DNA of 32,000 bases, from contig NC_000964.3 of the NCBI RefSeq assembly GCF_000009045.1, positions 3,180,001 through 3,212,000 on the forward strand, written 5' to 3'. A program made the position numbers and the translations under genes. The stretch's first letter is position 1; each line of letters opens with the position of its first letter. The notes beneath the pieces are model-generated. The model saw only the letters and a list, made by a program, of their open reading frames with translations, searched no databases and was not told the DNA's origin. Below are positions 1 to 8,376 of this stretch, piece by piece. Source of the DNA: Bacillus subtilis subsp. subtilis str. 168. Lineage in GTDB: Bacteria; Bacillota; Bacilli; Bacillales; Bacillaceae.

Positions 1-447
1 AATTTCAAAGTTGTCCTCCGCTACTCTTTCAGGTGAATAGGCCTGATAAAATATAATCGAGGGATTCTGCTCAATAACCCAAACAAACATACTTGAAAAA
101 CCATGTTGAAGCAAAAACTCCGCTCCTTTTGCTAAGAGCGCCCTGCCTGCACCTTGCCGCTGGCGCTCTTCCAGAAGATAAATAGCGTATAACTCGCCGT
201 CATAGCCTTCTTGTTCAGAGCGAATAGGTCCAAATGAAGCAAAGCCGAATACTGAACCCTTTTCGTCCTGAGCAACAAATACTCCCTTTAACGAGCGACT
301 TTTCCATTTGTCTTCAAATTCCTTATAGTTCAGGCTGTTTAAATAATCAATCGGGATAATTTCGTGGTATGTTGTCCTCCAGCTGTCTACATGCACTTTT
401 GCAATGTCCTTTATATCCTCTAACTTCGCTTCACGTACAGTTACCAT
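1..447 (-). CDS. yuaI: GNAT-family N-acetyltransferase, N-terminal 149 codons only (3' end lies beyond the left edge)
   Basis: Absent from the ORF track because it runs off the window. Minus-strand ATG at 447 follows a GGAAAGGG SD. Translation MVTVREAKLEDIKDIAKVHVDSWRTTYHE... stays open to base 1. It contains the acetyl-CoA motif A, YLLEERQRQGAGRALLAKGA. It starts 17 nt after the floT stop on the same strand. Confidence 0.8.
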   Translation of the reverse strand, partial: MVTVREAKLEDIKDIAKVHVDSWRTTYHEIIPIDYLNSLNYKEFEDKWKSRSLKGVFVAQDEKGSVFGFASFGPIRSEQEGYDGELYAIYLLEERQRQGAGRALLAKGAEFLLQHGFSSMFVWVIEQNPSIIFYQAYSPERVAEDNFEI

Positions 448-464
448 ACGGTTCTGCCCTTTCC

Positions 465-1994
465 TTACTCTGATTTTTGGATCGTTTTGGCTTCTTTGAT
501 TTCATTTGTTAATTCATTAATGCTTTGTTTTACGTTTCCTTTTCCTGAAAAGTTCTCAAGCATTTCTTTTACATCAATTCCTGAGGATGCTTTTAAACTT
601 TCTTGCAGACTTGACATTAAGTTCGTCGCATAGCTGGTTACTTTGTTTGCTCCGCTTGATTCACCGCTTCCTCCTGTATCGACAACGGTGATTTTATCAA
701 TATTTGAAAGAGGTGCCGCTGCTTGTTTCGCGTATTCCGGAAGCATTTTGACAATCATATCGAAAATCGCCGCCTGCCCGTACTGTTCAAAGGCGGCCGC
801 AATTTTCTCTTTTGCTTCCGCTTCTGCAAGACCTTTCAGGCGGATAACCTCTGCTTCTGTCTCTCCTTTCGCTTTTTCCGCTTCTGCTTTTGCTAGCCCG
901 TCAATTCTTACTTTTTCCGCCTCAGCCTTTGCCATTGCTTCAATACTGTACTTCTTGGCATCGGCTTCCGCGAGCTGTTTGGCTTTCTCAGCTGCTGCGG
1001 ACTGCTCAACAGAATAACGGTCTGCATCGGCTTTTTTCTTTACCTCTGAGTCGTATTGACGTTCACGGCGAAGAATTTCTTTTTCTTCTAGTTCTATTTG
1101 TTTTTGGCGTTCGATAATTTTAACCTGCATTTCCTGCTCTGTGACTTGCTGGCGCGCTCGGGCAGTCTCTAAATCATATGCTTGGTCGGCATTCGCTTTT
1201 GCCGTATCTTGTTCTCTGCGGAATTCAGCCATTTTGAGCTGATTGATTTTTTCAGCTTCAGCGATTTCCGTCGCCCGTTCAAGTTCTGATTTTTTTGCGT
1301 CTTTATCGGCTTCTGCCCGCTTAATTCGGGTTTCTTTATCAGCCTCTGCTGTTGCGATATCAGCATCGCGTTTTACTTGGGCAATTCTCGGTTTCCCTAA
1401 TGATTCAAGATAACCGTTTTTATCACGAACATCTTTAATGGTAAACGAGACGATTACAAGTCCCATTTTCGCGAGATCCTGTGAAGCGACACGCTGCACC
1501 TCTTGAGAGAATTTTTCTCTGTTTTTATAGATTTCTTCTACTGTCATTGAGCCGAGAATGGAACGAAGGTGGCCTTCTAAAACCTCCCGCGCTTCCTGCT
1601 CACGGTCGTCTTTTGATTTCCCTAAAAATTGTTCGGCCGCTGTAGCGATTTCTCCTATAGAACCGCCGATTTTAATAATCGCAGTTCCATCGGCCATTAC
1701 TGGCACTCCTTGTTCTGTATAGACTTCAGGTGTCGAAACATCGAGTTTGCTTGATAATAGGCTTAGCGGCTCTGCCTGCTGGAAGACGGGAAGGACAAAG
1801 GTTCCTCCGCCGCGGACGATTTTAATACGGTTGCCGCCTTCATCGACATGAACATTTTTATTACCCAGATAGCTCCCTGTTACAATTAACGCTTCATCAG
1901 GCCCTGCTGTACGATACTTCGTAATAAACACAGCTATTAGTGCAATTAATAAAAAGAATACAACTCCGATGATCATTATAATCGGCATTGTCAT
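465..1994 (-). CDS. floT: Flotillin-like membrane-microdomain scaffold protein (SPFH/band-7 domain plus Glu/Ala-rich coiled-coil repeats)
   Basis: 509 aa. N-terminal TM helix, then an SPFH core (KIVRGGGTFVLPVFQ...FTIKDVRD). A long EA-repeat region follows (AKAEAEKVRIDGLAKAEAEKAKGETEAE). AAAGGAGGA SD lies 8 nt before the ATG. Length and position match FloT/YuaG. Confidence 0.95.
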   Translation of the reverse strand: MTMPIIMIIGVVFFLLIALIAVFITKYRTAGPDEALIVTGSYLGNKNVHVDEGGNRIKIVRGGGTFVLPVFQQAEPLSLLSSKLDVSTPEVYTEQGVPVMADGTAIIKIGGSIGEIATAAEQFLGKSKDDREQEAREVLEGHLRSILGSMTVEEIYKNREKFSQEVQRVASQDLAKMGLVIVSFTIKDVRDKNGYLESLGKPRIAQVKRDADIATAEADKETRIKRAEADKDAKKSELERATEIAEAEKINQLKMAEFRREQDTAKANADQAYDLETARARQQVTEQEMQVKIIERQKQIELEEKEILRRERQYDSEVKKKADADRYSVEQSAAAEKAKQLAEADAKKYSIEAMAKAEAEKVRIDGLAKAEAEKAKGETEAEVIRLKGLAEAEAKEKIAAAFEQYGQAAIFDMIVKMLPEYAKQAAAPLSNIDKITVVDTGGSGESSGANKVTSYATNLMSSLQESLKASSGIDVKEMLENFSGKGNVKQSINELTNEIKEAKTIQKSE

Positions 1995-2014
1995 ATCAAA
2001 TTCCTCCTTTTATG

Positions 2015-2539
2015 TTAAATGGGTTCATGCGGAGTAACCGAAAGAACTCCGTTGTTAATATCTACGACTAACACCGTTGTCCCGTAACTGATCTGCTGAT
2101 TATCAAAACTGACCGCTGACTTTGAAATGGTCCCGCCTATCCCTTCTATGACCACTTCACCAAACCCGTCAACCGGCACAGCTGTAATCACTTTACCGAG
2201 TCTTCCTCTGAGATCATCTTCTCTATATGCCAATGATTCTTCTGCAGATGATAATGGCACCAGTACAAAGATGTGAAGCAATACCACCAGCATGATCGAA
2301 AGGATGCAAGATAAAAGCGCAATCAGCAAGCTTGACAGAGGCAATACAAGTTCACCTATATATCCGCCCGCTGAAAAACATGTAAAAAATGAGAGCACTA
2401 ATGTCGGATTAAGAAACGGAATGCCTTCTGACAGCCCTGAAAATACATCTCCGAAAAACAGGAATAACAGCGTAAGGCTGCCCGCAATAATAAGCGTATA
2501 AAGATACATTGTTTGTATAGGTACTCCAAATAACTCCAA
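2015..2539 (-). CDS. yuaF: NfeD-family membrane protein, partner of flotillin
   Basis: TM-rich N-terminal half plus a C-terminal NfeD beta-barrel (GKVITAVPVDGFGEVVIEG...GTTVLVVD). The start is set at TTG 2539 (AAAGGA SD, 8 nt spacing; gives 174 aa). The track's ATG at 2590 abuts the -10 box of the sigma-W promoter. The ATG at 2548 has no spacing from the SD. Confidence 0.85.
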   Translation of the reverse strand: MELFGVPIQTMYLYTLIIAGSLTLLFLFFGDVFSGLSEGIPFLNPTLVLSFFTCFSAGGYIGELVLPLSSLLIALLSCILSIMLVVLLHIFVLVPLSSAEESLAYREDDLRGRLGKVITAVPVDGFGEVVIEGIGGTISKSAVSFDNQQISYGTTVLVVDINNGVLSVTPHEPI

Positions 2540-2591
2540 CTTCCTCATCCTTTCTTCATCAATGCATTGATGAACGGCTGCCGTTACCATT

Positions 2592-2619
2592 TATACGAGA
2601 CACCTCGGGAAAAGTTTCA
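2592..2619 (-). promoter_or_regulatory. Sigma-W type (ECF) promoter of yuaF-floT-yuaI
   Basis: The minus strand reads TGAAAC-N16-CGTATA (TGAAAC at 2619..2614, CGTATA at 2597..2592). This is an exact match to the sigma-W consensus TGAAAC-N16-CGTA. Confidence 0.7.
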
Positions 2620-2706
2620 AAATTTTAAGACAAATAACCCATTTGAAGTGCTTTATAAATGATAATTGCTTATATATATGGTAATGTCATTTTAGGAGGA
2701 GATATG

Positions 2707-3195
2707 ATGAGTATCTTTAATGAAGCCAGATTAGAAACGTGGAACGAATTGAAAGGACTTTCTGACGAAAAGCTGAATCAAAAGCCTTCTGCTGAAGAAT
2801 GGAGCATACGGGAAGTTCTTGACCATTTGAAAAAAATCGATATGACCGCACAAAAAATGTTGAAGGAACGTGTAAAGGACGCTCCGATTAAAGAAATTGA
2901 AGAAAAACCGCTTGAAGTAGCACAGGACAGAAATAATAAACGGAAAGCCCCGAGTCATCTTGAGCCTGCGCATGATTTTATTTCAGGCAGCCAAATGAAA
3001 CGTGAGCTTGATGTGGTAAGAGAGCAGCTGACTGCTGCGATTGCCTCTCTGAAAGAAGAAGATTTTGAAAGAGTGCTTCCGCATCCTGTGTTTCAAGAGC
3101 TGACTGTCAGACAGTGGATCGATTTTATCGGCCATCATGAAAAACGGCACCTCAGCCAAATGAAAGAAATTAAAGAAAAGATAGAAAGGGCCTGA
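2707..3195 (+). CDS. yuaE: DinB-like (DinB_2) four-helix-bundle protein, function unknown
   Basis: Start chosen at the second ATG of ATGATG, 7 nt from AGGAGG at 2694..2699, giving 162 aa. Spaced His residues typical of the DinB fold are present (VLDHL...; FIGHHEKRH). Confidence 0.8.
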   Translation: MSIFNEARLETWNELKGLSDEKLNQKPSAEEWSIREVLDHLKKIDMTAQKMLKERVKDAPIKEIEEKPLEVAQDRNNKRKAPSHLEPAHDFISGSQMKRELDVVREQLTAAIASLKEEDFERVLPHPVFQELTVRQWIDFIGHHEKRHLSQMKEIKEKIERA

Positions 3196-3213
3196 TTTAA
3201 TCAGACCCTTTCT
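3183..3213. terminator. Shared hairpin between convergent yuaE and yuaD
   Basis: AGAAAGGGCCTGA-tttaa-TCAGACCCTTTCT. Both stop codons (TGA 3193..3195 on the plus strand, TGA 3203..3201 on the minus strand) lie inside the stem. A short T-rich tail occurs only on the plus side. Confidence 0.45.
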
Positions 3214-3779
3214 GCTTTTCGTTTGACTTTTCGCTGATAGGAATGAACTTCTATTTCATCACCTGTGTAAACAGCACCAGGTCTCTCCACAATACAGACA
3301 ATCCCTCTAATGCCCAGTGCGTGGCGGACGAAAGCCGACGCCAGCTTCGGTTGGTCCGGATAATAAGACTGAATGACTTCTCCCGGCTGGATACACGGAT
3401 CATTTTCGCCCTCACACAGCAGAGCCGCTCCGCTCGGAAAAATAATCCGGCTTCCTTCTTTTAATGAAGTAAGATCTGGCATACCGCTGACTGCCACATT
3501 CGCCCCGAGCCATTCCGGCAAAATTCTCGGCACTCCCATTTTTAAAGCGATTTCGTTGCATTCCTCTATTGAAACAATTGAAATTTGTCTGCGGTTGAAA
3601 ATTTCAGTCCCTCTTGAAAACATTGGTTCTCTGGCTCCCGCTTTTTTGGTCAGGCCAAAATGCAAGTCGCCGGGGATGCCGCCATAATCAAAATCAAGCT
3701 TGTCCATTTGCTTTGTTACGAAGCTTTTTGTATCTGCGATATATAAGCCTTCCGCTTTTGCAGTCATACGCTTCCACAT
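3201..3779 (-). CDS. yuaD: MOSC-domain protein (putative molybdenum-cofactor/sulfur-carrier type enzyme)
   Basis: 192 aa. GGAAGGTG SD lies 7 nt upstream of the ATG. The MOSC-like core includes the conserved Cys region (LLCEGENDPCIQPG). Confidence 0.8.
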   Translation of the reverse strand: MWKRMTAKAEGLYIADTKSFVTKQMDKLDFDYGGIPGDLHFGLTKKAGAREPMFSRGTEIFNRRQISIVSIEECNEIALKMGVPRILPEWLGANVAVSGMPDLTSLKEGSRIIFPSGAALLCEGENDPCIQPGEVIQSYYPDQPKLASAFVRHALGIRGIVCIVERPGAVYTGDEIEVHSYQRKVKRKAERV

Positions 3780-3830
3780 CAGCTGGCACCTTCCTTCTTA
3801 TCTAAAATTTCCACCTATGCTTCATTATCC

Positions 3831-3864
3831 CAAAAAATCCCGCTCTGTAAAGGAGCGGGATTTT
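3831..3864 (-). terminator. Intrinsic terminator after gbsB
   Basis: 12-bp stem AAAATCCCGCTC/GAGCGGGATTTT. It is followed on the minus strand by TTTTTTG and starts 3 nt after the gbsB stop. Confidence 0.7.
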
Positions 3865-3866
3865 GA

Positions 3867-5075
3867 TTATACCGTTTTAGGCGTAAGGTTAAAGCAGCGT
3901 TTGTAGATCCAGTTGTATGCTTTTTCATTTAAATCTCTAGGGTTTCCGAAGGTTTGCGGATCTTTCATTGCTTCTTTAGACAAGCGTTCGATCATATCAG
4001 GTGATACTCCCTGCTCTTCTAAAGTCGGCACTTCTAAATCTTCGACCAGATCATACATCCAATTGACAGATGCTTTCGCAGCTTCTTCTGTTGTCATCTT
4101 GCTTGTATCAATACCGAACGCTTTCGCAATACGCGCAAACTTCTCAGGATAGCCCTTCCAGTTGTATTCCATGACAGGGCCCATCATCGCCGCTACACAT
4201 TGGCCGTGAGCGACTGGGATAATACCGCCAAGCGTTTGGCTCATCGCATGAGCAGCGCCCGCTGATTCACTTCCGTAAGAAAGACCGGCAAGCATCGCAG
4301 CCTGCGCCATTCCGTACCTTGCTTCCAGATCCTCTCCATCAGCAAATGCCCTCTTGATGTAATGAGCGGCATACTCAATCGCCATTAAGGCAACCGCATC
4401 CGTGATTGGCTGTGCAAATTTCATTGTATAGCACTCAATGGCATGGGCGAGCGCATCAATTCCCGTCATAGCTGTTACATGCGGAGGCATTGAAACATGA
4501 AGCTCAGGATCAATGATTGTCAAGTGCGCTGCAATCAGCGGACCGCCCGTGTTGAATTTGAATTCTCTTTCTTCATCTGTGATAACCGCCCATTGGGTTA
4601 CTTCTGATCCGGTTCCAGCTGTAGTGGGAATTGTCGTCAGCGGAGGAATGCGGTTTTCCAGCGGTTTTTTCCCATCTGCCGCTTCATAATCAAGCACGCT
4701 TCCTTCGTGAGTCGCTTCTACTCCGATTGCTTTTGCTGTATCCATGGAGCTTCCGCCTCCGACTGCCACCAAACCATTACAGTTCTCTTTTTTGTAAAGC
4801 TCAGATCCTTCATTCACCAGACGGACAGGCGGGTTTGGCTCAACTTTATTAAAGAGTACCACTTCAATGCCTGCTTCTTTAAGTGATTCGATTACGGGAT
4901 CAGCAACACCGGCTTTATAAATCCCAGGGTCTGTGACAAGGAGCGCTTTTGAAACGCCCAGTGCAGCTACTTCCTCACCCGTATGCTTGATGGCTCCGAT
5001 TCCATGCTTAATCACAGTCGGAATTTCAAATGTGTGGAATTTCTGCATGCTTTCTACCTTCATATTTAATGTCAT
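3867..5075 (-). CDS. gbsB: Choline dehydrogenase, type III iron-containing alcohol dehydrogenase
   Basis: Fe-ADH motifs are present (AVGGGSSMDTAKAIG; His cluster GIDALAHAIE ... AAHAM). Start set at ATG 5075 (AGAGGGGGAG SD, 7 nt spacing; 402 aa). The longer track ORF would overlap the gbsA 3' end. Confidence 0.93.
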   Translation of the reverse strand: MTLNMKVESMQKFHTFEIPTVIKHGIGAIKHTGEEVAALGVSKALLVTDPGIYKAGVADPVIESLKEAGIEVVLFNKVEPNPPVRLVNEGSELYKKENCNGLVAVGGGSSMDTAKAIGVEATHEGSVLDYEAADGKKPLENRIPPLTTIPTTAGTGSEVTQWAVITDEEREFKFNTGGPLIAAHLTIIDPELHVSMPPHVTAMTGIDALAHAIECYTMKFAQPITDAVALMAIEYAAHYIKRAFADGEDLEARYGMAQAAMLAGLSYGSESAGAAHAMSQTLGGIIPVAHGQCVAAMMGPVMEYNWKGYPEKFARIAKAFGIDTSKMTTEEAAKASVNWMYDLVEDLEVPTLEEQGVSPDMIERLSKEAMKDPQTFGNPRDLNEKAYNWIYKRCFNLTPKTV

Positions 5076-5091
5076 CATCAATCTCCCCCTC

Positions 5092-6564
5092 TTATGAATT
5101 AAACCAGTTAACCGCTGCCGGTTTTGTATTGCGGTATACATGTTTGACTTCTGTGTATTCTTCAAGGCCTATTTTTCCAAGCTCGCGTCCGAACCCGGAT
5201 TGCTTATATCCGCCCCATGGCGCTTGTGCAAAGTACGGATGAAAATCGTTGATCCAAACGGTTCCCATTCTCAAGCGGGCTGCTACCCGTTCGCACTTTT
5301 CAATGTCTTTTGACCATACCGCTCCAGCCAAGCCATAGATGGTATCATTCGCAAGCTCGATTACCTCTTCTTCAGAGCTGAAGGTTTCGACTGTCAATAC
5401 AGGACCGAAAACCTCTTCCTGAACGATTCTCATGTCAGAATTACAGTTTGAGAAAATAGTAGGTTCATAGAAAAAGCCGTTTTGAAGCTCAGGATCTTCC
5501 GGGCGTTTGCCTCCTGTCTCCAGCTTCGCGCCTTCCTCTATTCCGATCTCTACATATTTTTCTACCTTTGCCCTGTGCTCCGCCGAAATAAGCGGACCGC
5601 TTTCTGTCTCAGCATGAAAACCGTTTCCGAGTTTTATGCGTTTTGCCCGTTTGACCAGCTCCGCCAAAAATTGATCATGAATGGCATCCTCAACAAGCAA
5701 GCGGGAACCTGCAGAGCATACTTGGCCGGCGTGGAAAAATACAGCGTTTAAGGCCTGATCAACCGCAACTTCTAAATCCGCGTCCTTGAAAACAATATTT
5801 GGGTTTTTCCCGCCAAGTTCAAGGGCGATTTTTTTGACGTTTCCGCTTGCCGCCCGCATGATTTTTTTGCCTGTTTCAATTCCGCCCGTAAATGAAATCA
5901 AATCGACGTCTTTGTTTACGGCAAGCTCGTCGCCCACTGTGGCTCCCGGTCCAAGAACAAGATTTGCGACACCTTTTGGAACACCGGCTTCTTCCATCAG
6001 CTTAAAGACTTTGATTGTCGTCAGCGGCGTAATCTCACTCGGCTTCATGACGATTGTGTTTCCTGCGGCCAGTGCAGGGGCGATTTTCCAGCTCGCTTGA
6101 AGGAGCGGATAATTCCATGGAGTGATCTGGCCGCAAACCCCGATTGGCTCCCTAATAATTTTGCTTTCTGAATCAGGAATCGGAGATGAAATGATCTCTC
6201 CGCCATCTTTGTCTGCCAAGCCGGCGTAATATTGAAAAACATTGGCGATATCGTCCATATCGGCCTTGCTTTCTTCGAGTGTTTTTCCTGTATCAAGAGA
6301 TTCAAGCTCAGCCAGCTCCTCAAGATCGCGTCTGATTAATTCCGCAATTTTCAGAACAATTTTTCCGCGTTCAAGCCCGGATAGCGATGACCATTCTCCT
6401 TTGTCAAATGCTCTACGTGCGGCTGCGATTGCTTTGATGGCGTCCTCTCGCCCTCCCTCGCTTACAGTTGCAATTTCTTCTTGATTAAATGGGTTGATAA
6501 TACTGCGGATCTGTTCTTTTTCGGCACTGATCCATTCTCCGTCAATGAATAATGTTTGACTCAT
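5092..6564 (-). CDS. gbsA: Glycine betaine aldehyde dehydrogenase (NAD-dependent ALDH family)
   Basis: ALDH motifs are present: KIALELGGKNP (Glu active site) and FFHAGQVCSAGSR (catalytic Cys). Start at ATG 6564 behind AAGGAGG (490 aa). It lies 16 nt upstream of gbsB. Confidence 0.95.
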   Translation of the reverse strand: MSQTLFIDGEWISAEKEQIRSIINPFNQEEIATVSEGGREDAIKAIAAARRAFDKGEWSSLSGLERGKIVLKIAELIRRDLEELAELESLDTGKTLEESKADMDDIANVFQYYAGLADKDGGEIISSPIPDSESKIIREPIGVCGQITPWNYPLLQASWKIAPALAAGNTIVMKPSEITPLTTIKVFKLMEEAGVPKGVANLVLGPGATVGDELAVNKDVDLISFTGGIETGKKIMRAASGNVKKIALELGGKNPNIVFKDADLEVAVDQALNAVFFHAGQVCSAGSRLLVEDAIHDQFLAELVKRAKRIKLGNGFHAETESGPLISAEHRAKVEKYVEIGIEEGAKLETGGKRPEDPELQNGFFYEPTIFSNCNSDMRIVQEEVFGPVLTVETFSSEEEVIELANDTIYGLAGAVWSKDIEKCERVAARLRMGTVWINDFHPYFAQAPWGGYKQSGFGRELGKIGLEEYTEVKHVYRNTKPAAVNWFNS

Positions 6565-6591
6565 ATAAGCCTCCTTGACGTAAATAAAGTT

Positions 6592-6620
6592 TGTTAAATA
6601 AAAATTTAATGTTTTTAACA
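6592..6620. promoter_or_regulatory. Inverted repeat TGTTAAA-N15-TTTAACA in the gbsA 5' leader, a candidate GbsR operator
   Basis: Perfect 7-nt arms at 6592..6598 and 6614..6620. They sit between the putative gbsA -10 box and its SD. An inner TTAAAT/ATTTAA palindrome is also present. Confidence 0.3.
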
Positions 6621-6625
6621 ACCTT

Positions 6626-6654
6626 AATCTAACATATGGTTTTTAAACTGTCAA
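6626..6654 (-). promoter_or_regulatory. Putative sigma-A promoter of gbsAB
   Basis: The minus strand reads TTGACA (6654..6649), a 17-nt spacer, then TAGATT (6631..6626). Confidence 0.5.
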
Positions 6655-6762
6655 AGTCCCATTTTGATTTTTCTTTTTGACTTTTCCTCATGTTTCGTTA
6701 AGATAAAGAACATAAAGAAATAACTTAACGAATTTAATTTTCTAAAGGAAAAGAGGGTCAGT

Positions 6763-7305
6763 ATGGATGAAAATCCAGAATTTGCAGCTATAGAACAGGC
6801 TCGGGATCTTGTTATTGACTCCATTGCTGAAACGATGGATCTTTACGGAATTACCCGCAGTGTCGGGATTTTATATGGGACGATGTATATGAGGGATGAG
6901 ATGACGCTTGACGAAATGCGTGAGGAGTTGCAAATGAGCAAACCAAGCATGAGCACTGGCGTCAAAAAGCTTCAAGACTTAAATGTAGTGAAAAAAACAT
7001 TTCACCGGGGCATCCGCAAGCATACATTTGTGGCTGAGAAGGATTTCTTTAAATTTTTCACAAATTTCTTTCCACCTAAATGGGAGCGGGAGGTTCAAGT
7101 GAATGTAACAGCGATCGAGGAAGCTCAAGCTGATTTACAAAAGGTTTTATGCAAGGAAGATCTCGATGAGGATATCAAAAATGAAGCACTGCAGTTATAT
7201 GATCAGCTGGAAAGCTCTAAAGCTTACTATGACTGGCTGAAACGGCTTGCTGAATCGGTGCAGACCGGAGAAATTTTTAAATTTATACCGGTCGAAACAA
7301 AGTAA
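6763..7305 (+). CDS. gbsR: Choline-responsive MarR/GbsR-type repressor of gbsAB
   Basis: 180 aa. Winged-helix region (MTLDEMREELQMSKPSMSTGVKKLQDLNVVKK). AAAGAGGG SD. Divergent from gbsAB. Confidence 0.9.
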   Translation: MDENPEFAAIEQARDLVIDSIAETMDLYGITRSVGILYGTMYMRDEMTLDEMREELQMSKPSMSTGVKKLQDLNVVKKTFHRGIRKHTFVAEKDFFKFFTNFFPPKWEREVQVNVTAIEEAQADLQKVLCKEDLDEDIKNEALQLYDQLESSKAYYDWLKRLAESVQTGEIFKFIPVETK

Positions 7306-7310
7306 AGCAG

Positions 7311-7340
7311 AAAACGCCTGGGAAACTAGGCGTTTTTTTG
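7311..7340 (+). terminator. Intrinsic terminator after gbsR
   Basis: AAACGCCT-gggaaact-AGGCGTTT followed by TTTTTTT. Confidence 0.75.
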
Positions 7341-7502
7341 ATGTAACTACTACAAATTTGAAAAATACGGGAAAAACACCCCATTTACTTCCAAAATATT
7401 TGATGGTAATTTTATGTAGGTAAAATTTGTATTTGGCCTTTCAGAGGAGGTGAAAAGCGGGCAGGCCTGTTTAATTTATCATTTTTTAGGGGGAATTTTG
7501 TT

Positions 7503-8048
7503 ATGAAACGCAAATTATTATCTTCTTTGGCAATTAGTGCATTAAGTCTCGGGTTACTCGTTTCTGCACCTACAGCTTCTTTCGCGGCTGAATCTACATC
7601 AACTAAAGCTCATACTGAATCCACTATGAGAACACAGTCTACAGCTTCATTGTTCGCAACAATCACTGGCGCCAGCAAAACGGAATGGTCTTTCTCAGAT
7701 ATCGAATTGACTTACCGTCCAAACACGCTTCTCAGCCTTGGCGTTATGGAGTTTACATTGCCAAGCGGATTTACTGCAAACACGAAAGACACATTGAACG
7801 GAAATGCCTTGCGTACAACACAGATCCTCAATAACGGGAAAACAGTAAGAGTTCCTTTGGCACTTGATTTGTTAGGAGCTGGCGAATTCAAATTAAAACT
7901 GAATAACAAAACACTTCCTGCCGCTGGTACATATACTTTCCGTGCGGAGAATAAATCATTAAGCATCGGAAATAAATTTTACGCAGAAGCCAGCATTGAC
8001 GTGGCTAAGCGCAGCACTCCTCCGACTCAGCCTTGCGGTTGCAACTAA
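7503..8048 (+). CDS. bslA: Secreted biofilm surface-layer protein (bacterial hydrophobin-like, Ig-type fold)
   Basis: 181 aa. Sec signal peptide MKRKLLSSLAISALSLGLLVSAPTASFA|AE. C-terminal CxC motif (PCGCN). AGGGGGA SD with 8 nt spacing. Confidence 0.93.
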   Translation: MKRKLLSSLAISALSLGLLVSAPTASFAAESTSTKAHTESTMRTQSTASLFATITGASKTEWSFSDIELTYRPNTLLSLGVMEFTLPSGFTANTKDTLNGNALRTTQILNNGKTVRVPLALDLLGAGEFKLKLNNKTLPAAGTYTFRAENKSLSIGNKFYAEASIDVAKRSTPPTQPCGCN

Positions 8049-8051
8049 TGT

Positions 8052-8080
8052 AAAAGACCGGTTAACGCCGGTCTTTTTTG
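8052..8080 (+). terminator. Intrinsic terminator after bslA
   Basis: AAAAGACCGG-ttaacg-CCGGTCTTTT followed by a T-run. Confidence 0.75.
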
Positions 8081-8140
8081 CGTTTTACCCTCCCCTTTTT
8101 CTCTAATCCCCGTTATCTTTTTTCTGGTTTAAAATTTAAA

Positions 8141-8169
8141 TTGACAAACACTAGAAACAGGAGTAAATT
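8141..8169 (+). promoter_or_regulatory. Putative sigma-A promoter of the ktrAB leader
   Basis: TTGACA (8141..8146), 17-nt spacer, TAAATT (8164..8169). It lies about 35 nt upstream of the riboswitch. Confidence 0.45.
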
Positions 8170-8200
8170 CTTGAGTGTTCAATTTCATACAGTCTCTTTT

Positions 8201-8340
8201 ACCGCTTAATCAAACACGAACGGGGGAACCAACGATTGGCTGTTTTATTAACAGCCTTGGGGTGAATCTTACTAAGTAAGAGGGGGTACTCTGAATCCCT
8301 AATCCGACAGCTAACCTCGTAGGCGTATACAGAGAGGAGG
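8201..8340 (+). promoter_or_regulatory. c-di-AMP riboswitch (ydaO/yuaA motif) in the ktrA leader
   Basis: Hallmark blocks of the motif appear in order: CGCTTAATC, ACGGGGGAACCAA, the hairpin GGCTGTT..AACAGCC, TGGGGTGAATC, and CCCTAATCCGACAGCTAACCTCGTAGGCGT. Confidence 0.85.
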
Positions 8341-8349
8341 TCTATTATC

Positions 8350-8376
8350 GGCCATTCTTTGCAATGGTCTTTTTTG
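8350..8376 (+). terminator. Leader terminator (expression platform of the riboswitch)
   Basis: GGCCATT-ctttgc-AATGGTC followed by TTTTTT. It ends 38 nt before the ktrA start. Confidence 0.65.

Noticed and set aside
643-1017. A 124-aa plus-strand ORF, plus one at 890..1117, inside floT.
   Set aside because: These are the antisense shadow of the flotillin Glu/Ala-repeat region. The products are low-complexity Ala/Ser/Phe, and there is no SD or promoter.
5076-5165. A 30-codon extension of gbsB overlapping the end of gbsA.
   Set aside because: The strong SD AGAGGGGGAG sits just before ATG 5075/5078. The extension would have to start inside the gbsA coding sequence without an SD.
7444-7502. A strong SD-like AGAGGAGGTG upstream of bslA. 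A possible GTG-initiated 18-codon uORF would end at the bslA ATG.
   Set aside because: The GTG overlaps the SD itself, giving zero spacing. No ATG, GTG or TTG lies at 5-10 nt. It is more likely just part of the 5' leader.
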